Source of the DNA: TPA_inf: Saccharomyces
Lineage: Eukaryota
DNA length: 64,000 nucleotides
Direction of reading: 5' to 3'
Assembly: GCA_000146045.2 (NCBI GenBank)
Contig: BK006934.2
Location: 64,001-128,000, forward strand
The first letter of the stretch is position 1; the number at the start of each line of letters is the position of its first letter. Under the pieces are notes generated by a model, which was not told the origin of the DNA, searched no databases, and saw only the letters and a list, made by a program, of their open reading frames with translations. The translations under genes were made by a program, and so were the position numbers. Shown in pieces: positions 57,714 to 64,000 of this stretch.

Positions 57714-58445
57714 TCAAGCCTGCTGCAATTGTGAAGGAAAAAAAATTTTTTCTGGAAACTATTAATTAATATAATGAAAAATTATTACTTCCTATCGAAA
57801 ATACACACGCTGAACGATACTGCTTATCAATCTTTTTATAAATAATTTACCAATAACGAAAAGGGAAAAAGGAAAAGGGAAAAAAAAAAAGACATTGAAA
57901 GAGAGAATTAAGAGGGAATAAGAAAACTAAGGGAAAATACGCTATCTTATATAATGAATACACATGGAGGGCAATTTTTAGAGGCTTTTCGAATACATGC
58001 GAGTACGTAAACGTCGTTAACTCGTGGAGATGCACAATAGGATGTGCTCATACCAAGAAAAAAAAAAAATTCAGGCATAAAATCGATGTCTCCTGCAAGA
58101 TACCTACCACACTTATTGTGTTCTGCAAGAGACTATTGTCATCTGAAAAGCGATTATCTTGAAATCTTAGTTTCGTTTCGTTTCGTTTAGGGCCAGCGCT
58201 TCGTTTGTCTCGTTTTTCGTGGATTATCGGCCTTTAAGATTGTCCAACCCGGCAAATCTTGCACGCACATTGTATGTGCGCTGCTCGTATAGTATCCACT
58301 TCGTGTGACATTACTATAATCGTACGGCTTAGTCGGGAATAAAGGCTGGCCTCATTTTCGTACAGAGACATTTTGCCGGAAATTTCGTATTTTGCTGTGC
58401 CCCCGGTAATTCCCGGGCGCGGCACAAAACCTCTCTAAACAACCG

Positions 58446-58465
58446 CCCATTGTTGCAATTGTTCG
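58446..58465. promoter_or_regulatory. Two ATTGTT cores (CCCATTGTTGCAATTGTTCG) resembling Rox1 hypoxic-repressor sites, about 770 bp upstream of ERG11
   Basis: Rox1 consensus is YYYATTGTTCTC; the first site matches 9/12, the second has the ATTGTTC core; ERG11 is a known oxygen/heme-regulated gene. Located in an unusually GC-rich stretch with several CGG triplets (58380..58520). Confidence 0.35.
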
Positions 58466-58888
58466 TCTGTACGGGACAGGCGGCGATCATAACGTCGCAC
58501 GGTGCACAGCAATTGCCGTTTTCGGAGATCTCCCTGAGTAAGCAGTCGTTTACGACCTTAATGGCTTTACAATTATCGGTTGGAACAATAACAAGAACAA
58601 TTGGTTCTCTGCCTGGTGGTGAGTTAATCTGGTGGGAATGTAGTGCACAGGCGCGAGTAACGTAGGAAGCGAGAGAGAACAAGGAAAAAGAAAAAGTGGA
58701 GGAAGGTTGGTTGTATTGTCTTTTTCGGTTCTTTTCTTTTCTTTTTTTCTTTTTTTACGATGCATGTATATGTATTTTAATAGTAAAATATATTATTAAA
58801 TAGGGGAGTGTGGTTGTGTGATTTAGTAGAGTAGTTAGAATAAAAACGACACAGTGGAAAAAAAAAGGTATTTTCTTTCTTTCTTTCT

Positions 58889-59590
58889 TCAGATCTTGCC
58901 AGCATCGAATCTTCTGGATGCTTCTTTCCAGTTGACCACATTCCAAATGGCTTTGAAGTAGTCGGCTTTCTTGTTTTGGTACTGCAAGTAGTAGGCGTGT
59001 TCCCAGGCGTCAATGGCAACTAGAGGAACTAGTGGGCCTGTGACGGTATCCTGGTTGTAGGTTTGAACAACGTCCAGCTTGCCTCCATTAGAGAGGTTTT
59101 TCACAATGAAGGCCCATCCGGAGCCCTGCACGCCTGCTAGCTTTGTGTTGGTCAACTTAATCAGCTCGTCCAGACTGCCAAACTGCTCGTCGATTGCCTT
59201 TGCCAAAGCGCCGGTGGGTGGTTCACCACCGCCCTGCGACTCTGGAGCCAGGTTTTCCCAGAATAGACAGTGGTTTGTGAAACCACCGCCATGGAACTTG
59301 ATGTTTTGTTGGATAGCAATCATTTTTCTTGCGTTTGCGGGAGAGGGCTCCTTGGCCAGAAGATCTGAGAGTTCTTGGAATTGGTCAACAGCAGTGTTGA
59401 ATCCGTTCACATAAGTTTGATGGTGCTTGGTGTAATGCAATTCGTTGATTTGACCGGAGATATAAGGTTCCAATGCACCGAAGTCCCACTTCAAGTCTGG
59501 CAAGGTGACTTTGGTTCTCCTTGCTGTGGTGGAGAGCAATGACAAACCACCCTTCTTGGTTAAATTAGCAGCTGCTGTTTTCGCGAACAT
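58889..59590 (-). CDS. SOD2: SOD2 (YHR008C), mitochondrial manganese superoxide dismutase, 233 aa
   Basis: Mn/Fe-SOD signature DAWEHAYY and metal ligands (H...H...D...H); N-terminal mitochondrial presequence. Confidence 0.95.
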   Translation of the reverse strand: MFAKTAAANLTKKGGLSLLSTTARRTKVTLPDLKWDFGALEPYISGQINELHYTKHHQTYVNGFNTAVDQFQELSDLLAKEPSPANARKMIAIQQNIKFHGGGFTNHCLFWENLAPESQGGGEPPTGALAKAIDEQFGSLDELIKLTNTKLAGVQGSGWAFIVKNLSNGGKLDVVQTYNQDTVTGPLVPLVAIDAWEHAYYLQYQNKKADYFKAIWNVVNWKEASRRFDAGKI

Positions 59591-59928
59591 CCTGGTACGT
59601 TTTTAGGAGGTATAGTTATCAATTGGGGTTTCGTTCCTGTAGCAGCAAGTGAAAAGCAATCGCTGTAGCTAGCTTGTATATTTTGGGGATGCAACGCTCT
59701 TATATACAAGTTATAGCTTCTTCATCAGGGGTGTCTGCTACGGTCGCGGAAATTTTTCGGCACATCCCTACTTTTTTTTTTGCGAAGCTAGTGGTTCGGC
59801 CTGTGTTATTGGTCCAGGTTTAAGGTCGCGCCAACAATGATAATAGCAATTAGTAATCAGCTCAACCTCAAGTAGAATACTACACGTGCAATCGGTAGCA
59901 TGCGCAAGGGCAAACAGGATAGACGCCA

Positions 59929-59975
59929 AGAGAGAAAGAGAAAGAGAGAGAGAGAGAGAAAAAAAAAAAAGAAAT
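59929..59975. repeat. Purine-tract microsatellite (AGAGAAAG)/(GA)n followed by A12, between the SOD2 promoter and the TDA3 3' end
   Basis: Direct read agagagaaagagaaagagagagagagagagaaaaaaaaaaaag. Confidence 0.85.
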
Positions 59976-60108
59976 ATATAGATTTAGGTATTCGTTAAAT
60001 ATATACACATTAAATGGCCTCAGAAATTTTAAATATATAAATAAATAAGCTCTTATATGTACAAATTTGTGCATATACTTTTCTTGACCTTTTTACTCCT
60101 CGGCTTGA

Positions 60109-61680
60109 TTAAGAAAGGATGGTGGCGTCGAAATATAACTTTGGATCCAAACTTGAGATTTCCGCAGAGGTTGCTTCGCCATCAAGGAGAATCTCAGCCA
60201 TTAATTTACCTGTTGCTGGCGCATTGTTAATACCCCAACAAGAATGTCCACTTGCAATATAAAGATCCTTGACATTTGTCTCACCAATTAAGGGACCAGA
60301 ACTTGTAGGAACGTTTAAAACTGGCAAAAAACAGGCTTGTTTCCGCAAGAGATGGCCCTTTGATAGAGTTGGCGATAATTTGGATACGTAATGGTACAAT
60401 TCATCACACTTCTCCGAAACTACCTCCACATCGTCCGAACTTTCAGGTATATTGACTAAAGTGTCGCCTTCGCCGCACACATAAACTTCATCTTTTCTAG
60501 CATACATTTCAGGGGAGAAAAATTCACGGTCGTTAACTTTTAGTTCAGCAAGAATAGCGTAAGGTGAAACTGTCTTTTCACTAGGCTTAATGGTGACAGA
60601 GTGGGCTCTCAATCCAGAAATTGGACAATCTTTTAGAATCTTGGAAGTCCAGGGTCCCATACTCAAAACAATCTGCTGGATGTCATTGATTTCAATGGGC
60701 TTCGCGTTCTCATCGTTGAAGATTGTACCCAGCTTAATGTCTGGATTTTCTGCATGCCCTCTGCTATTTCTGCGATTCTTGACGACAGATGGAAGGTACT
60801 TAAGAGAATGAACACAATCCATCTCGTCACACTTTAGCCCAACTACCTTACCTAGGAGAAGATCGACAGCACCTGTTTCCATTGCCTTCGATAAGATGAA
60901 ATGGGTGAATTTATAGGGATGAAGCTGCGCTGTGGTATCAGTACCACCTAGTGATGACCAATCATTAACCAATTCTCTTCTTATCCAATCTAAATCAGCA
61001 GGCAAAGGATTATGGATATTAGTCTCTCTCAGTTGCTCCACGGGACTTACAGAGTCAAGATCAGATGCGCTATTTGTGTGGCTTCTCATGCGCTCATTTG
61101 TTAGAGAGTGTAAACTGGGTACTGAGCTAGAAACATGAATGTCTGATCCTTCTTCCTCGTTACTAGCGGAGTCGTTTTTCAAAGAAGAGCCCGAAGAACT
61201 CAAAGATGAATTAGAGTCCCCGATGTTAAACTTGTTGGATATGTAGCCCGGTCTCTTCTTTGGAGGAGGGACATTCAGATTATATGCCTTCTTGCTCAGT
61301 CTTTCGTAGTTTTCAATGACTTCTTCGCGAACATCTGCTTCTAAGGACACAGTCGTCAATCTTCTGTAGTCCCAGTTGTTTTCTCCATCATATTCATCAC
61401 TCAACTCCTGATGTAGCTGGAAACTTAAAGGTACGATTTGGTGAGGGAAAGCCCAAGATGCAAGCAAGCCACCTGCTTTACCAGAAGCCCCTCCAGCAAT
61501 GCGCCTCGATTCAATGATGGTAATATGATGCGTCGAAGGGCTGAAACTTGGATGCTGGGTCAAGTAGTAAGCAGTACAGCAACCGATGATACCGCCACCT
61601 ACAATGACAATATGTTTTTTCCCTTCGCTGTTCTTTGAAGGGTACGTTTGAAACGGTGGGTGCATAAAATCTTCACCCAT
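60109..61680 (-). CDS. TDA3: TDA3 (YHR009C), FAD-dependent oxidoreductase (DAO family), 523 aa
   Basis: N-terminal dinucleotide-binding motif IVIVGGGIIGCCTAYYL and the DAO fold; Ser-rich low-complexity insert. Confidence 0.85.
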   Translation of the reverse strand: MGEDFMHPPFQTYPSKNSEGKKHIVIVGGGIIGCCTAYYLTQHPSFSPSTHHITIIESRRIAGGASGKAGGLLASWAFPHQIVPLSFQLHQELSDEYDGENNWDYRRLTTVSLEADVREEVIENYERLSKKAYNLNVPPPKKRPGYISNKFNIGDSNSSLSSSGSSLKNDSASNEEEGSDIHVSSSVPSLHSLTNERMRSHTNSASDLDSVSPVEQLRETNIHNPLPADLDWIRRELVNDWSSLGGTDTTAQLHPYKFTHFILSKAMETGAVDLLLGKVVGLKCDEMDCVHSLKYLPSVVKNRRNSRGHAENPDIKLGTIFNDENAKPIEINDIQQIVLSMGPWTSKILKDCPISGLRAHSVTIKPSEKTVSPYAILAELKVNDREFFSPEMYARKDEVYVCGEGDTLVNIPESSDDVEVVSEKCDELYHYVSKLSPTLSKGHLLRKQACFLPVLNVPTSSGPLIGETNVKDLYIASGHSCWGINNAPATGKLMAEILLDGEATSAEISSLDPKLYFDATILS

Positions 61681-61835
61681 TTATAAACACTATTCCTTCT
61701 GTTGCTTGGTTAAAATGCTATTGATACTTAGATGGTGTATTGGAGAGCACGAAAATCTTTTGCTGAGTGACTTGAACTATCAAACAGAATTACTTGTTGG
61801 CTGATTTTTTTTAAGTCTTGATTTAACAATAGAAA

Positions 61836-61857
61836 AAAAAAAAAAAAAAAAAGGAAC
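61836..61857. repeat. Poly(dA:dT) tract (about 21 A) in the TDA3 promoter
   Basis: Direct read. Confidence 0.85.
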
Positions 61858-62520
61858 AATATAACTTTTGTAGTACGTGTGCCAGGTTACAGATATGGTT
61901 TCACTTCTATGTCGTGCTTTTTTCATTCATACGTAATCTTATGCATGTAGGGGATAGACGCACAAAAGCACCAAGGCTGCATGTATTGATAAATTGGCTT
62001 ACACGATTCCAGCTAAGGGGACTCGGACGGAACCGTCTCATATTATACGTTCAGTGAATATTTTTCACGGAAGAATGGAAAGGGCCTCGAAAGACGTTAA
62101 TGCATCCGTACACCTACATCTTTACATTTTTTGCTGTTGCACCTACACTGTTTTTTTTTTTTTCACCTTATGAGTCCTGTATTTCTTGAAAGAGCCGATA
62201 ACAATATTCCAGGTGGAGTCCCGAGGCAGAATCAAGGCTGCGGAGAGAAGTTCCTCTCAAACTAATGGGAGTGATCCGCTCAGTTCTCCCATCACGACAG
62301 AACTGTCTGAGACAAAGTCTTTCCAGCAGAGCTCCGCCTACGCTCTTGCTGCAGAGATTCGCCCGAAGGCAGGTTTCCTGAAATTCTTTTCACTAGTAAA
62401 GTGTTCGTTCATGTAAAACATACTGCCGTAGTTTTGAGCTAAAATTAAAGATATATTAGATTTTTAGAATTTCTTAGATAGTCTCAACGTGTTAAAACAA
62501 AAGCATAACCAAAGAAAAAA

Positions 62521-62551
62521 ATGGCTAAGTTCTTGAAAGCTGGTAAAGTTG
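62521..62551 (+). CDS. RPL27A: RPL27A (YHR010W) exon 1 (31 nt: MAKFLKAGKV plus the first base of an Ala codon)
   Basis: ATGGCTAAGTTCTTGAAAGCTGGTAAAGTTG followed by GTACGT. Confidence 0.88.
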
Positions 62552-63112
62552 GTACGTATCATTTTCAGTTTTTGGACATCAACAAAAAACCGTGCAACTG
62601 TGGTATTAGAAATCCAAGTTATTAGCAGTTGATGTTGTATAATTTGAGTTTGAATTCGAGTATTGTATCTTCATATGGGAGTAGGGAGGAAAAAGCGTGG
62701 AGATGTTAGATCTGGGAAAAAACCTTTAAATTTGAATGATAGCTTATTAATAGAAATATTGGACAAAAAGATGAATGATTTAGGAGCGAAACTAACGATT
62801 ATTCATATTCATTGAGCTATACGAGGCAGTGGAAGGGTTATCAAAAAGTTGTAATTTAAAAGAAAAAAGCATCAATAGCCACCAAATAAGATGGTGAAAG
62901 TTCCGCGATATATTTGCTAAGACCATAGGCACATGTACGCAGGCGACCAGGGCCTTTTATTTACTGTAGTTCTTTCCATGCCCTATTAAAAATTCGTGGG
63001 CCTATGATAATTTTTCTCTCCCTAGTATTGAAGAACAAAATTGAGAATTCGCCAAACTTTAAGAAGGGTTCACATTTACTAACTATTTCTTTTCCTTCCT
63101 TTTTTTACACAG
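62552..63112 (+). other. RPL27A intron, 561 nt (5' GTACGT, branch point TACTAAC at about 63076, 3' CACAG)
   Basis: Splicing restores [23 protein letters not shown]...; a long intron is typical of ribosomal protein genes. Confidence 0.88.
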
Positions 63113-63492
63113 CTGTCGTTGTCCGTGGTCGTTACGCCGGTAAGAAGGTTGTTATCGTTAAACCACATGATGAAGGTTCCAAGTCTCACCCATTTGGTCA
63201 CGCTTTGGTTGCCGGTATTGAAAGATACCCATTGAAGGTCACCAAGAAGCACGGTGCCAAGAAGGTTGCTAAGAGAACCAAGATCAAGCCTTTCATCAAG
63301 GTCGTCAACTACAACCATTTATTGCCAACCAGATACACTTTAGATGTTGAAGCTTTCAAATCCGTTGTTTCTACTGAAACTTTCGAACAACCTTCCCAAC
63401 GTGAAGAAGCTAAGAAAGTCGTCAAGAAGGCTTTCGAAGAAAGACACCAAGCTGGTAAGAACCAATGGTTCTTCTCTAAGTTGAGATTTTAA
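63113..63492 (+). CDS. RPL27A: RPL27A exon 2; total 136 aa 60S ribosomal protein L27 (eL27)
   Basis: ...[126 protein letters not shown]. Confidence 0.9.
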
Positions 63493-63779
63493 GAGAATTG
63501 CATTATGGTCAACCAAAAATCAAAAAATTATTAGTAATATCAACATATGTATATTTAATGTATGTAAACAATGATTAAATATTAATAAAATATATCTACA
63601 TATAAGTATACGCAAATGGGGTTTTTCTTCAAAAAAATTGTTTGCTGGTGTTTTCAACCTTAACGACAAAACGAATCATAACGCGGTAAAGGGGAACGAT
63701 AATATATAATGGAAGCATTAAGCAAACAGCTTTGTAATACGTTTTACAGACACTGAACAAGACAAGATTTTAAACAGCA

Positions 63780-64000
63780 ATGATTATAAGGCGCTTATTT
63801 TCAATTTCAAATCGCTCATTCTTCTTGAAGAAACCTCAATTTGATGTAAAAAAAATAATAGAGATGATTCCTCAGTACCAAACTTCTATCCAGAATAGAG
63901 AGCTGATAGAGGCGGATAGTATTATACGAAGCTTACAACTGTTGGGTGAACGGTATCAAAATATAAAAGAGATTGATAAAGTTATTGCGGATATTCAAAT
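63780..64000 (+). CDS. DIA4: DIA4 (YHR011W), mitochondrial seryl-tRNA synthetase; 5' end only (74 codons), continues beyond the right window edge
   Basis: ATG at 63780; MIIRRLFSISNRSFFLKKPQFDVKKIIEMIPQYQTSIQNRELIEADSIIRSLQLLGERYQNIKEIDKVIADIQ; position after RPL27A matches YHR011W. The identification leans on synteny. Confidence 0.72.
   Translation, partial: MIIRRLFSISNRSFFLKKPQFDVKKIIEMIPQYQTSIQNRELIEADSIIRSLQLLGERYQNIKEIDKVIADIQ

Noticed and set aside
58329-58682. 117-codon minus-strand ORF in the ERG11 upstream region
   Set aside because: Sits in a GC-rich regulatory block with overlapping ORFs on both strands and atypical codon usage; more likely a compositional by-product than coding.

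Overview
This window is Saccharomyces cerevisiae nuclear DNA, collinear with chromosome VIII across the pericentromeric region. The YHL-to-YHR gene-name switch falls between RPL14B and OSH7, and a point centromere (CDEI, 85-bp CDEII at 93% AT, CDEIII with the CCG core) sits there at 41586..41703. From memory, CEN8 lies at chrVIII 105586..105703, which would put the window at about chrVIII 64001..128000; this is unverified. Gene order, left to right: SPO11 (5' end), AIM17, OPI1, APM2, YHL018W, YHL017W, DUR3, RPS20, YLF2, OTU2, YHL012W, PRS3, ETP1, YAP3, tRNA-Val(AAC), a full-length Ty4 retrotransposon next to an inverted solo delta, YHL008C, STE20, SHU1, MRP4, LAG1, HSE1, RPL14B (intron), CEN8, OSH7, QCR10 (intron, 6-nt first exon), LEU5, TCD1, NEM1, GPA1, TIM10, tRNA-Thr(AGU) with a solo delta and an older LTR relic, STP2, ERG11, SOD2, TDA3, RPL27A (intron), DIA4 (5' end). 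There are 37 protein-coding genes, 2 tRNA genes, 1 intact Ty4 (TSD, tRNA-Asn primer-binding site, +1 frameshift heptamer), at least 3 solo LTRs or fragments, 3 spliceosomal introns and several simple repeats. I found no sign of foreign, engineered or otherwise undescribed inserted DNA: every intergenic gap is of normal yeast size and composition and the gene order is uninterrupted. The most interesting biology is therefore known-class: two Pol III-linked Ty integration hotspots, an apparently intact Ty4, the centromere, and a few diverged paralogues. Those are detailed under findings.
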